Shown here: positions 36,083 through 46,671 of the stretch, in pieces | Layout of the letters: each line of letters opens with the position of its first letter | Position numbering within the stretch: the first letter of the stretch is position 1 | DNA from: Nitrospirota bacterium | GTDB taxonomy: Bacteria > Nitrospirota > Thermodesulfovibrionia > Thermodesulfovibrionales > JdFR-86 | Direction of reading: 5' to 3' | Assembly: GCA_963721805.1 (NCBI GenBank) | Contig: CAVRJY010000004.1 | Location: 1 to 64,000 of the forward strand | Length of the DNA stretch: 64,000 nucleotides | The notes under the pieces: generated by a model | The model's input: only the letters and a program-made list of their open reading frames with translations | Databases searched by the model: none | What the model was told of the DNA's origin: nothing | Made by a program: the position numbers and the translations under genes

Positions 36083-37234
36083 ATGAAGAACATCGTCATC
36101 CTTGGATCAACCGGCTCGATCGGCCGAAGCGCCCTGCGCGTCATCGAGGCTAATCCCGACCGCTTCCGTGTGGTGGGCCTGACAGGCCACCGCAACGTCA
36201 CGCTATTGATCGAACAAGCCATTAAATTTCGGCCGCTCGCGGTAGCCGTAAGCACCCCGGAGGCTGCGGCCGAGGTCCGAGCCAGCCTCGACGTGAAGGT
36301 ATACGTAGGAGTCGAGGGCATCGAGGCCATCGCCTCGCTGGATGCGGCCGATCTCGTGATATCCGCCATAGTGGGCTCGCACGGTCTGATGCCGACGATG
36401 GCCGCGCTCCGCGCCGGAAAGTCCATAGGCCTCGCCAACAAGGAGACCCTCGTGATGGCCGGAGATCTCGTGATGGCCGAGGCCCGCAGCCGCGGCGTCG
36501 ATATCCTTCCCGTAGACAGCGAACACAGCGCGATATTCCAGTGCCTCGAGGGCCGCGCGCCGGACTCGGTCAGAAAGCTCATCCTCACCGCCTCGGGCGG
36601 GCCGTTTATAGGCATGACCACGCGAGAGCTCGAGGCAGTCACGCCCGAGGCCGCGTTAAAACATCCCTCGTGGAGCATGGGCCGGAAGATCACCGTGGAT
36701 TCCGCAACCCTCATGAACAAGGGTCTGGAGGTCATCGAGGCGCACCACCTCTTCGACGCCGCGCCAGCGATAATCGACGTCGTCATTCACCCCCAGAGCA
36801 TCATACACTCGATGGTCGAGTTCCGGGACGGAAGCTGCCTGGCGCAGCTCTCGGTACCGGACATGCGCGGGGCCATTGCCTATGCGATGTCCTGCCCCGA
36901 GCGCATAGAGGCCGTGATCCCGGCGCTGAACCTGGCCTCGACCGGCACGCTTACGTTTCACGCGCCGGATAAGGCCGCGTTCCCGTGCCTCTCTCTCGCA
37001 TACGACGCGCTGGAGGCCGGCGGCACGATGCCCGCGGTGCTTAACGCGGCAAACGAGGTCGCTGTCGAGGCGTTTTTAGAGGGCAGGATCGGGTTCATGG
37101 ACATACCGGCCCTGATCCATAAAACTATGGAGGCGCACGCAACCGTCCCCGCCACCGATATAGATACCATCCTCGACGTCCACCGCTGGGCCGTGGCCCA
37201 TGCCTCGGAACTCGCAGGGGGCCTGCCGCGATGA
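36083..37234 (+). CDS. dxr: 1-deoxy-D-xylulose-5-phosphate reductoisomerase
   Basis: LGSTGSIG, LANKETLV, PVDSEHSA, HPSWSMGRKITVDSAT, NAANE. Confidence 0.97.
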   Translation: MKNIVILGSTGSIGRSALRVIEANPDRFRVVGLTGHRNVTLLIEQAIKFRPLAVAVSTPEAAAEVRASLDVKVYVGVEGIEAIASLDAADLVISAIVGSHGLMPTMAALRAGKSIGLANKETLVMAGDLVMAEARSRGVDILPVDSEHSAIFQCLEGRAPDSVRKLILTASGGPFIGMTTRELEAVTPEAALKHPSWSMGRKITVDSATLMNKGLEVIEAHHLFDAAPAIIDVVIHPQSIIHSMVEFRDGSCLAQLSVPDMRGAIAYAMSCPERIEAVIPALNLASTGTLTFHAPDKAAFPCLSLAYDALEAGGTMPAVLNAANEVAVEAFLEGRIGFMDIPALIHKTMEAHATVPATDIDTILDVHRWAVAHASELAGGLPR

Positions 37235-38301
37235 CGATAATCTCGGCGGTAGTGCTCCTTGGCGTGCTGATATTCGTGCACGAGCTGGGGCATTTCATCG
37301 TCGCTAAGTGGATGGGCGTAAAGGTCGAGAAATTCTCGCTGGGCTTTGGCCCGAAGCTTATAGGCAAGACCGTGGGCGAGACGGAATACGTGCTCGCCGC
37401 GGTGCCGCTCGGCGGATACGTCAAGATGCTGGGCGAGGACCCCGAGGTCGAACTCACCGAGGCCGAGGCCGGCCGGGCCTTCAACCGCAAGCCGGTCTGG
37501 AGGCGCGCATTGATCGTGTTTTCGGGCCCGGCCACCAATCTCGTATTCGCGGCCTTCCTCTTCACGCTGATATTCCTGACCGGCGTGCCGGCATTCTATC
37601 CCCGCGTGGGAGAGGTCATGGTCAACACCCCGGCCGCGGCGGCCGGGCTCGTTAACGGAGACACGATCATAGCGATCTCGAACACTCCGGTGGAGTCCTG
37701 GGAGGACATGACCGCGATAATATTCGACAGCCCGGGGCGCAGCCTGATGCTCAAGGTCAGGCGCGGCGGCGAGCTCCTGAGCATCCCGATCACGCCCGAG
37801 CGCAAGAAGGCCACGAACATATTCGGTGAGGAGAAGGAGCGCGGCCTGATCGGCATAAAGCCCTCGGGCGACGAGTTCACGAAGCGGTTCGGCCCTGTAG
37901 ATTCGGTCGTGATGGGCGTGCAGCGCACCTGGGACGTATCGGCGCTCACCGTCGTCTCGGTCGTAAAGCTGATAGAGCGAGTCATCCCGGCCAACACGAT
38001 AGGCGGGCCGATAATGATAGTCACTATGGCCGGGGAGCAGGCCTCGCACGGCGCGATGAGCTTCTTTCTGTTCATGGCGCTCATAAGCGTGAACCTCGGC
38101 GTTATAAACCTCTTCCCGATACCGATCCTCGACGGAGGGCACCTGCTGTTTTTCGGGATCGAGGCCGTACGCAGAAAGCCCCTGAGCGAGCACGTTATGG
38201 GCATAGCCCAGCGCTTCGGGCTCGCGTTTCTGCTCGGCGTGATGGCGTTTGCGATCTATAACGACATCATGCGCTACGTCTTCGGGAAGGGTACGCCCTA
38301 G
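37231..38301 (+). CDS. rseP: RIP metalloprotease RseP
   Basis: [16 protein letters not shown] domain, [11 protein letters not shown]; follows dxr. Confidence 0.96.
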   Translation: MTIISAVVLLGVLIFVHELGHFIVAKWMGVKVEKFSLGFGPKLIGKTVGETEYVLAAVPLGGYVKMLGEDPEVELTEAEAGRAFNRKPVWRRALIVFSGPATNLVFAAFLFTLIFLTGVPAFYPRVGEVMVNTPAAAAGLVNGDTIIAISNTPVESWEDMTAIIFDSPGRSLMLKVRRGGELLSIPITPERKKATNIFGEEKERGLIGIKPSGDEFTKRFGPVDSVVMGVQRTWDVSALTVVSVVKLIERVIPANTIGGPIMIVTMAGEQASHGAMSFFLFMALISVNLGVINLFPIPILDGGHLLFFGIEAVRRKPLSEHVMGIAQRFGLAFLLGVMAFAIYNDIMRYVFGKGTP

Positions 38302-38303
38302 CC

Positions 38304-38762
38304 GTGGGCATCGTCATGGGGCGAGAAGAGCTTGTTGATGAATTAGAGGCGCTTCGCGACCGCGGGCTCAAGGTCGTGTTCACGAACGGCTGCTTCGATA
38401 TCCTGCACGCCGGACACGTGAGGTACTTAAAGGAAGCGCGCGCCCTGGGCGACGCGCTCGTCGTCGGGCTCAACTCCGACCTCTCGGTCGGGCGCATCAA
38501 GCCCGGACGCCCGATAGTGCCCGGCGACCAGAGGGCCGAGGTGCTCGCGGCCCTCGCCTCGGTGGACTACGTAGTGTTCTTCGACGAGGAGACCCCGTAC
38601 GAACTCATCAAGGCCATCAGGCCGGACGTGCTCGTAAAGGGCGGCGACTGGAAGCCCGCGGACATAGTGGGCTCGGACTTGGTGCCTGTTACCATGAGCC
38701 TTCCGTTTTCAGAGGGGCTGTCTTCTTCAAGCATCATCGAGCGCATCCGGGCCTCACGCTAA
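38304..38762 (+). CDS. rfaE2: D-glycero-beta-D-manno-heptose 1-phosphate adenylyltransferase
   Basis: [24 protein letters not shown]. Confidence 0.92.
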   Translation: MGIVMGREELVDELEALRDRGLKVVFTNGCFDILHAGHVRYLKEARALGDALVVGLNSDLSVGRIKPGRPIVPGDQRAEVLAALASVDYVVFFDEETPYELIKAIRPDVLVKGGDWKPADIVGSDLVPVTMSLPFSEGLSSSSIIERIRASR

Positions 38763-38781
38763 TCAAACTTACATTCGTCAT

Positions 38782-41700
38782 ATGGCCGAGTTAAAACCAC
38801 TGATAGCCGCATTCCTGGGCCCGGCCGAAAGCTCGCGGCCCGGCCGCATATACAATCTCGGCGGCTCCTCGATGGCGCTGTACCTGGCCCATGTCCGCGA
38901 GCCCATGCTCGCGCTCGGGGCCGGGGACGAGCAGATGCGCCGCCTCTGGGAGGACGTCGCGCTATACCGCCGCCTGCTCGGCATCGAAGCCCCTGAGGCG
39001 CTCTACGTGCCACCGTCGGAGTCCGACGCCGAGGGCCAGCGCGCAAGCGCGGTGTACAGGCTCATCGACGAAGGCGCCGAGCTCTCGGTCTTCGCCGCGC
39101 GCGAGGCGTTTCAGACACCGCTCTGGAGCCCGGAGGGCCTGCTCGACAGCTCGATGATCCTCGAGCGCGGCACAGAGCTTGCGCGCACGGACGTAGAGGA
39201 CCGCCTGCTGAAGCTGGGCTACGTGCGCGTCTCACTGGTCACCTACCGCGGCCAGTACAGCGTCCGCGGGTACATACTGGACGTCTTCCCCTCGACCGGG
39301 ACGCAGCCGCTCAGGGTCGAGTTCTTCGGCGACGTTATAGACGACGTCCGCACCTTCGACCCCGACACCCAGCGCTCCATACGCCGGGCCGAGTCCTTCA
39401 TTCTCCTGCCGTCGGGCGACCCCGAAAGCGGCATGGGCGTGGAGGGGCTTTATGACGGCAGGCGCGTCTTCGTGGTCGAGCCTGCCGAGGAAGGCGGCAT
39501 GCCGGAGGGCGCGGTGCTCTTAAGCCGCTACGCCATCGCAGGAGAGGGCATGGATTCCGGGCTGCTGCCCATAGCCGGGCTCGGGATCATGCCGGGCGAG
39601 AGGCGCGACATCGCCGCGCTCGCAGGGGCGATAAAGTCCATGATCCCCTCGACCCGAGTCGTGTTTTTCTCGTCATCGCACCGGGCAGGCCGAACGCCTG
39701 CGCGACGTGCTTGCCGAGGGCGACGTGACCGCGCCGGTTATAGAATTTAATGAGCTGCCAGCATACCCGGGCGCGGTCTCGATCACGGTGGGCGGCCCGT
39801 CGGCCGGGTTTCATGCGCCGGGGCTCCTGGTGCTCACCGAGGAGGAGCTCTTCGGCGGCAAGCCCGCGTACAGGCCGATCAAGAAATCCCGCGTCAAGAA
39901 GCTGCTTGCGACTATCGACGACCTCGCCGTGGGCGATTATGTCGTGCACACAGAGAAGGGCATCGGCAGGTTCCTCGGGCTTCAGCGCCAGCGCGTCGAG
40001 GACACGGAGTACGAACTCATAGCGCTTGAGTATGCCGAGGGCGCGAGGCTCTATCTCCCGCTCTCCGCGATTGAGCTTATCAAGAAGTACCACGCCGACG
40101 AGGGCGCGGCCGTAAGGCTGGAGAAGCTCGGCTCGGCCGGCTGGAAGCGCACGCGCGAGCGCGTTGGAAAACGCATCCGCGAGATGGCGGACGAGCTGCT
40201 GAAGATATACGCAGGCCGCGAGGTCGCGCGGGGGTTCGCGTTCTCCCCCGACACCGTGATGCACCGCGAGTTCGAGAGCTTCTTCCCCTACGAGGCCACG
40301 CCTGACCAGCTCAATGCCGTGGAGGAGATCAAGCGCGACATGGAGAGCGACCGGCCGATGGACCGCCTGCTGTGCGGCGACGTAGGCTACGGCAAGACCG
40401 AGGTCGCCATGCGCGCGGCGTTCAAGGCCGTATTCGACGCGAGACAGGTCGTGGTGCTCGTCCCTACGACGCTTCTGTGCGAGCAGCACGCCCGCATATT
40501 TAAAAAGCGCTTCTCGGCCTTCCCAGTGAAGATCGACTACATCAGCCGCTTTAAGTCCCCGGCCGAAAGAAAAGACACCATCGAGCGGTTCGAGCGCGGA
40601 GAGATAGACATAGTGATCGCGACGCACGCGATACTGCGCACCGGGCTTAGGGCAAAAGGTCTGGGGCTTCTGATAATAGACGAGGAACACCGCTTCGGAG
40701 TGGCCCAGAAGGAGCGCATAAAGGAACTCAGAAGCGGGATCGACGTGCTCTCGCTTAGCGCCACGCCGATACCGCGCACGCTGCAGATGGCGCTCTCGGG
40801 CATCAGGGGGATGAGCCTTATCGAGACCCCGCCCGAGGAGCGGCTCTCGGTCGCGACGACCGTCGCGGTCTCGGACCCCCAGCTCATACGCCAGGCCATC
40901 GAGCGCGAACTCATCCGCGGCGGGCAGGTGTTCTTCGTCCATAACCGCATAGAGAGCATCGAGCGCACTGCGACGCGCGTACGCGGCTTGGTGCCGGACG
41001 CGCGCATAGCCGTGGCCCACGGACGCACGCCAGAGCGCGAGCTTGAGCGCATCATGCTCGATTTCTTAAACGGCGCGATCGACGTCCTCGTCTGCACCGC
41101 GATCGTGGGCGCGGGGCTCGACATCCCGACCGCGAACACGATCATCATTGACATGGCCGAGCGCATGGGGCTTGCGGACCTCTACCAGCTCAAGGGCCGC
41201 GTCGGCCGCAGCAACGTGCGCGCATACGCGTATTTCCTCGTCAAGAGCGAAGAGACCTTGACCGACGACGCGCGCAAGCGGCTGCAGGCCCTGCAGGAAC
41301 TCAGCTACGTCGGCGCGGGCTTCAGGCTCGCGATGAAGGACCTCGAGATCCGCGGGGCCGGAAACCTCCTGGGCGCGGAGCAGTCAGGCAATATCGACGC
41401 GGTCGGGCTGGACCTGTACATGGAGATGCTCGAACGCGCGGTGGCCGAGATCAAGGGTGTGCCGATCAAGGAGAAGACACACTGCACGGTTTCGATGGCC
41501 CTAAACGCGTTCATCCCCGAGGGCTACGTCGAGGACATATCGCTGAGGCTCAGCGCATACCGCGCGGTGGCCGGGGCCGAGACCGAGGAGGAGCTGCAGG
41601 AGATCATGCGCGGGCTCGTGGACCGTTACGGCCCTATGCCGCCTGAGGCTGAAAACCTCGTGGCCGTGATGGGGCTTCGGATACTGGCCTCGGGGCTCGG

Positions 41701-41923
41701 GATCTCGGAGCTGACACAGTTGGGCCGGAGGCTCGGCTTCGCGCTCGCCGAGGGCTCCCCCCTCGCGCCGGACAGGATCATGGCCGCGCTCGGGGCCAAG
41801 GTGCGTTTTACGCAGAAGGGCTTCGAGTTCCAGACCGGCAAGGGGGACGAGGCCGTAGCGGCCGCGCGCGCGGTGCTGGGGAGGCTCGCCGGTGCGCCGC
41901 CACAGGGGGCATTACCCTTTTAA
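38782..41923 (+). CDS. mfd: Transcription-repair coupling factor, frameshift near 39685
   Basis: RGYILDVFP, GDYVVH..GIG, DRLLCGDVGYGKTEVA, DEEHRFG, SATPIPRTL, QLKGRVGRS, DLEIRGAGNLLG. Confidence 0.96.
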
Positions 41924-41947
41924 CTAAACGTATAAGTTTCTTGCGGA

Positions 41948-42919
41948 TTATTTGTTATTGTCCAGTAATGGTTTGCCGCTGACCCGATGCCAGTGCTGAA
42001 TGCCATGCCATATATCCTCAGCCGTCTCGGCATACCAAAACAGATCACGGTCCTCGAGATCGATGACGCCCTCGGCGACCAGAAAATCCACATTCACCGC
42101 TTGACGCCAGAAGGACTCGCCCACCAGGACCACCGGCAGAGGCGCTATGCTCCTGGTCTGGATCAGGGTCAGGGTCTCGAACAACTCGTCAAACGTCCCG
42201 TATCCTCCGGGGAAGGCCACCAACGCCTTGGCGCGCTTCAGGAAATGCAGCTTGCGCATCGCGAAATAGTGAAACTTGAGACAAAGTTCAGGCGTTATGT
42301 AGGGGTTCGGGTACTGCTCATGGGGCAGCGTAATATTAAGGCCGATGGATTTGGCATTCAAATCGAACGCGCCGCGGTTGGCGGCCTCCATTATGCCGGG
42401 ACCTCCGCCCGTGACCAAAGTTACGCGACAATCCTCCGGCCCCTTACCAGCCGCGGCCACCAAGCGGCCTAATGCACGCGCTTCTTCGTAATAACGGCTC
42501 TTAGCCACAATGGACCCGGCCACGCTCAGGCACCGCTGAAGTTCCCCGTTGCCGGGGTCTGCCGCCAGCGCCCGCTCTAAGGCATCCACCTTGCGCCGTG
42601 CGGCTGCCGGTTCATGCAGGCGGGTGCTGCCGAACACGACGATGGTATGCTCCACGCCGTGCTGCTGCAATAACAGCTCGGGCTTGAGGTAGTCGATCTG
42701 GAGCCGCACGCCGCGCGTCTCGTCCTGATTCAGAAACGCTACGTCCTGATCCGCCTGACGATAGCCCGAGCTGGCCATGATGGCCTGCACCCGCGCCATC
42801 GCCTGCGGGTCATCCTCCGCCGCCTTGGGGCTCTGCCATGGCAACGGTTGCAGCCGTTTATGAGGGTGGGCCGGGGCCGGCACCACCGGGTGCGCATCAC
42901 GATTCTTTGAGTTGCTCAT
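41948..42919 (-). CDS. LOG/TIGR00730 family Rossmann-fold protein
   Basis: VFGSTR, TGGGPGIMEAANRGA, FHYFAMRK, PGGYGTFDE. Confidence 0.92.
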   Translation of the reverse strand: MSNSKNRDAHPVVPAPAHPHKRLQPLPWQSPKAAEDDPQAMARVQAIMASSGYRQADQDVAFLNQDETRGVRLQIDYLKPELLLQQHGVEHTIVVFGSTRLHEPAAARRKVDALERALAADPGNGELQRCLSVAGSIVAKSRYYEEARALGRLVAAAGKGPEDCRVTLVTGGGPGIMEAANRGAFDLNAKSIGLNITLPHEQYPNPYITPELCLKFHYFAMRKLHFLKRAKALVAFPGGYGTFDELFETLTLIQTRSIAPLPVVLVGESFWRQAVNVDFLVAEGVIDLEDRDLFWYAETAEDIWHGIQHWHRVSGKPLLDNNK

Positions 42920-43105
42920 CGCCGCTTCACCATCGGTTTATCGCTCCAATCCGCGCACATGATTAGGGTAAAAGAATAATCCCTGCAAGTCAAGCATACC
43001 CGCCTCTGTCACCTCGTCAAATGGCTTTGTATCGCCAAGGGTTTCCGAGCCATCCGCTATTGCACAACCCAGATGGCACGGCGGCCCGGTGACATTCAGA
43101 TGCGC

Positions 43106-43143
43106 AAAAAAAAGAATCCAGAGAGGATCAACCCCCTGGATTC
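43106..43143 (-). terminator. Rho-independent terminator downstream of tRNA-Leu
   Basis: Minus strand GAATCCAGGGGG...CTCTCTGGATTC followed by T8. Confidence 0.8.
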
Positions 43144-43145
43144 AA

Positions 43146-43231
43146 TGGTGCCGAAGGCGGGATTTGAACCCGCATGGGTTGCCCCACACGCCCCTCAAAC
43201 GTGCGTGTCTACCAGATTCCACCACTTCGGC
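43146..43231 (-). tRNA. tRNA-Leu(GAG)
   Basis: GCCGAAGTGGTGGAA...CACGTTTGAGGGGCGTG, long variable arm, GGTTCAAATCCC...TTCGGCACCA. Confidence 0.96.
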
Positions 43232-43286
43232 TGAGCTTAGATATTACTACAGGTCCGGCAGGCTTTTCAAGGGAGCTCAGGGGCGG

Positions 43287-43664
43287 TCAGCGGCCCTCTA
43301 GCGCGCTTTGGACCGCGGCGCGCAAGTCCTCGTCGTTTACCGGCTTCATGAGTATCGCGGCCGGGCCGGTGCCCATCGCGGCCTCGACCGTGGCCGGGTC
43401 GGTATGCGCGGTGCAGTAGATGACCGGGGCCTTGAGGCTCTTTTTCAGCGCCATCGCGGTCTCTATGCCGTTAAGCTTGCCCCGGAGCTTGATGTCCATG
43501 AGAATCAGGTCCGGGGCGTGCTCGGTGGCGATGCGTATCGCGGATTCGCCCGAGATCGCTATGGGGAGCACCTTATAGCCGAATCCCAGCAGCGTGGCCT
43601 TGATGCCGATCGCCACGATGCCCTCGTCCTCGACGATCAGTATCTTGGTTTCCCCAGGATGCAT
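43287..43664 (-). CDS. Single-domain response regulator
   Basis: ILIVEDE, LMDIKL, TAH, KP receiver motifs. Confidence 0.92.
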   Translation of the reverse strand: MHPGETKILIVEDEGIVAIGIKATLLGFGYKVLPIAISGESAIRIATEHAPDLILMDIKLRGKLNGIETAMALKKSLKAPVIYCTAHTDPATVEAAMGTGPAAILMKPVNDEDLRAAVQSALEGR

Positions 43665-43800
43665 GCGCTTATTATACGGAATTTGGCATGGATTTTCCCG
43701 CAGTGGAATCCGTCGCCGTCCCTTGCTCTATACACGCCGATCCTTTAAGATACATCTGTCATCTGACCCTGGAGAGCGCCGTTTACCCGATAAGACACTG

Positions 43801-45963
43801 ATGGGCAATAAAGCAAGAAATGATAGACGCATTGCGGACGCCGAGGGCGCGGGCGTCTCCGGCTCCGGAATTAATCCGGCCTCGGCCCAACCCGCCGGCA
43901 ATAAGGCCGGGAAGGCCGGATATCTGGCCGCTGGCGCCATCGCGCTCGTTACGTTCCTGATATACCTGCCCAGCCTGCAAAACGGATTATTGAATTGGGA
44001 TGACGACAAGTATGTCACCAACAACTGGTTCATCCGCCATCTCGACCTCAACCTGCTGAGGTCCGCGTTTGGGTTTCACGAGGCCAACTGGGACCCGCTC
44101 ACGTGGGTCTCACACGCGGTTGATTATTCGATATGGGGACTTAACCCCCTGGGCCACCACCTGACGAGCATCGCCCTGCACGCCGCGAACTCGGCCCTCG
44201 TGTTCTTTGATACGCTGAGGCTGATCGGGCTCTACAGGAAAAGGGACCAGCCGGCCCCGTGGCTTGATGGCCGCGCGGCGCTCGTGGCGGCGGCCGCCAC
44301 GGGCCTTCTCTTCGGGCTGCATCCCATACACGTTGAGTCCGTGTCATGGGTGGCGGAGAGGAAGGACGTCCTTTGCGCAATGTTCTACCTGCTGAGTCTG
44401 ATAGCGTACGTCCGGTACTCGGCGGCGGCAGGCGCGTCATGGTATCGCAACAAGTCCTATCTGCTGTGCCTCGGCTTTTTCGCGCTCGCGCTGCTGAGCA
44501 AGCCGATGGCCGTGAGCCTGCCGCTCGTGCTCCTGATAATCGACTGGTACCCGGCCGGGAGGATTGATTCGATGCGCTCCCTCAGGGCCGCGATCACAGA
44601 AAAGCTCCCGTTTATACTATTGAGCCTGGGCGCGTCCGTGCTTACAGTCATGGCCCAGAGGGCAGGCGGCGCGATGTCATTGACCGAGGCCGTGCCGCTG
44701 GGCTCGAGGCTCCTGGTCGCCTCCAACGCGCTGCTTTCGTATCTGTGGAAGATGGCTCTGCCGGTGGGCCTCCTGCCGTTTTATCCCTATCCCAAGTCCA
44801 TTCCGGCGTGGTATCCGCTGTCCGCGGCGGCAGTGGCAGCGGTCTTCGTAGCCGCAGCGGTCATGGGGCGGCGCCACAAGGCGCTGGTCTCGGCGTTTGG
44901 CTATTACGCGATCACGCTCCTGCCCGCACTCGGTATCGTACAGGTAGGGGGGCACGAGATGGCGGACAGGTTCGCCTATCTGCCGGGCATCGGCCCCATG
45001 ATGCTGCTGGGGCTGCTTGCGGCGTTTGGGTGGTCAAAGGCGAGCGCCTTAAAAGGCGGCGGGCTAAGCGCGAAGGCCGTTTTGCTTTCGGCCGCGGCAT
45101 TGCTGGCCATTACGCTCGGGTACCTGACGGCGCAGCAGGAGAAGCTTTGGAACAATGACATGACACTGTGGAGCGCCGTAGTCAGGCACTCACCGGATTC
45201 CGCGAAAGCCCATATCAACCTTGGCGTCGCATACGCATCTGAAGGCGCATGGGACAGCGCCATCCAGCAATACCAGAGCGCCTTGCGGCTGGACCCCGAT
45301 TCCGCGAAAGCCCATACCAACCTTGGCGTCGCATACGCATCCAAAGGCTTATGGGACAGCGCAGTGGCAGAATACCAAAGTGCGCTGCGGCAAAACGCTG
45401 ATTCCTATGAATCCCATTATAACCTTGGCGTCGCATATGCATCCAAAGGCTTATGGGACAGCGCAATCCAGCAATACCGGATGGCCCTGCAGCTTAACCC
45501 CTACTCCGATGAAGCCCACAATAATCTTGGCGTAGCCTACAGATCCGAGGGCTTGTGGGACAGGGCGATCTCGGAATACCAGGAGGCATTGCGGCTGCGT
45601 CCCGATTCCCACGAAGCACATAACAACCTTGGCATAGCATATAAATCTCAGGGCTTGTGGGATAAGGCGATTTCGGAATACCAGAGCGCCTTGCGGCTGG
45701 ACCCCGGCTCCTATAAAACCTATAACAATATTGGCTCTGCATATGCATCTCAGGGCTTATGGGACAGGGCAATTCCGCAATACCAGGCAGCACTGCGGCT
45801 GAACCCCGATTTTTTTGAGGCACATTTCAATCTTGGCGCCGCATACGCATCCAAAGGCTTGTGGGACGGGGCAATCTCAGAGTACCAGGCAGCCTTGAGG
45901 CTGCGTCCCGATTCCGAAGAAGCACGCCAGAGCCTCAGTGATATAGTCTCAAGACGGCGTTAA
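43801..45963 (+). CDS. TMTC-like (GT105-like) membrane glycosyltransferase with 7 C-terminal TPRs
   Basis: WDD, PLTWVSHAVD, LHPIHVESVSWVAERKDVL, LLSKP, ADRFAYLP, then TPR array. Confidence 0.85.
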   Translation: MGNKARNDRRIADAEGAGVSGSGINPASAQPAGNKAGKAGYLAAGAIALVTFLIYLPSLQNGLLNWDDDKYVTNNWFIRHLDLNLLRSAFGFHEANWDPLTWVSHAVDYSIWGLNPLGHHLTSIALHAANSALVFFDTLRLIGLYRKRDQPAPWLDGRAALVAAAATGLLFGLHPIHVESVSWVAERKDVLCAMFYLLSLIAYVRYSAAAGASWYRNKSYLLCLGFFALALLSKPMAVSLPLVLLIIDWYPAGRIDSMRSLRAAITEKLPFILLSLGASVLTVMAQRAGGAMSLTEAVPLGSRLLVASNALLSYLWKMALPVGLLPFYPYPKSIPAWYPLSAAAVAAVFVAAAVMGRRHKALVSAFGYYAITLLPALGIVQVGGHEMADRFAYLPGIGPMMLLGLLAAFGWSKASALKGGGLSAKAVLLSAAALLAITLGYLTAQQEKLWNNDMTLWSAVVRHSPDSAKAHINLGVAYASEGAWDSAIQQYQSALRLDPDSAKAHTNLGVAYASKGLWDSAVAEYQSALRQNADSYESHYNLGVAYASKGLWDSAIQQYRMALQLNPYSDEAHNNLGVAYRSEGLWDRAISEYQEALRLRPDSHEAHNNLGIAYKSQGLWDKAISEYQSALRLDPGSYKTYNNIGSAYASQGLWDRAIPQYQAALRLNPDFFEAHFNLGAAYASKGLWDGAISEYQAALRLRPDSEEARQSLSDIVSRRR
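45193..45906 (+). repeat. Seven tandem 102-bp TPR-coding repeats, highly similar at DNA level
   Basis: Recurring aaccttggcgtcgcatacgcatc...ggcttatgggacag...taccag units encoding NLGVAYASxGLWDxAIxxYQxALRL. Confidence 0.9.
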
Positions 45964-46057
45964 AAAGGCCGTCGCGCGCGGCTGCGCCTTATGGCGAGGA
46001 GCTGATGCGGGCCCCCTTCGCCTTTACAAGAATAATGATGAATTGCTATAATTTTAA

Positions 46058-46519
46058 ATGCGAAAAATTGTGATTGCCTTGGGCTTATTAACTGCCGTTT
46101 TCCTCACCGCCTGCGCCCCTTCCAACAAAGACGCCGACGGAGCCGTACTGGTCGTCAAGGCTTACGCAAAGGCCCTCGAGGAGGCATATCAAAACGATAA
46201 CGCGGATTTTCTGAGCCCTTTCGCCACGCCCAAACAGGTAAGCGACATCAAGCTCAACATCCTCTCATACAGGACTGCGGGACGGCATTACAATGCCAGG
46301 CTCGACAATCTCACGATCAAGTCCACCGCGAAGTCCAAGGCCAAGGACGGCGAAGACGAAGTCCTTGTCCGGACCCAGGAGGAATGGAAGTTCTGGGTGA
46401 CCGAGCTGGGGAAGAACACCATAGTCATGCCCGCCAAATCCGCAACTTACGACATCACCTACCATTTGCACAAGAGCGGTAACTCATGGGTCGTACGGGA
46501 TATGGACGTGAAGGGGTAG
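46058..46519 (+). CDS. Hypothetical lipoprotein (possible NTF2-like fold)
   Basis: Lipobox LTAC; helix followed by beta strands ending YHL...WVV. Confidence 0.75.
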   Translation: MRKIVIALGLLTAVFLTACAPSNKDADGAVLVVKAYAKALEEAYQNDNADFLSPFATPKQVSDIKLNILSYRTAGRHYNARLDNLTIKSTAKSKAKDGEDEVLVRTQEEWKFWVTELGKNTIVMPAKSATYDITYHLHKSGNSWVVRDMDVKG

Positions 46520-46671
46520 GCAGCAACCAGCCCCGTCTTCCTGTTTTTTATCCGAGCCCTGTCTCCAGATTCGCAGATGCGCCGTTGCTCCCCGCCGGCC
46601 TGTTCCGGAGATAACTCCTCGCTGCCGTCTGCTTTACACCCGGCGCGCGGGTTGGATATAATTCTGCTGCC

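Noticed and set aside
39660..39720. Naturally split mfd
   Set aside because: The two ORFs join into one continuous Mfd by a single-base shift; likely an indel error.
39587..41020. Long antisense ORFs (also 36958-38193, 57845-59434, 60745-62064, 62233-63729, 16105-17460)
   Set aside because: Shadow frames of high-GC genes on the opposite strand, with no recognisable motifs.
41920..41950. Second dif-like site (aacgtataa-gtttct-tgcgga)
   Set aside because: Only one arm resembles a Xer site; the TTATG core is missing.
45193..45906. CRISPR-like array
   Set aside because: Units are in-frame 102-bp TPR-coding repeats without unique spacers; no cas genes.
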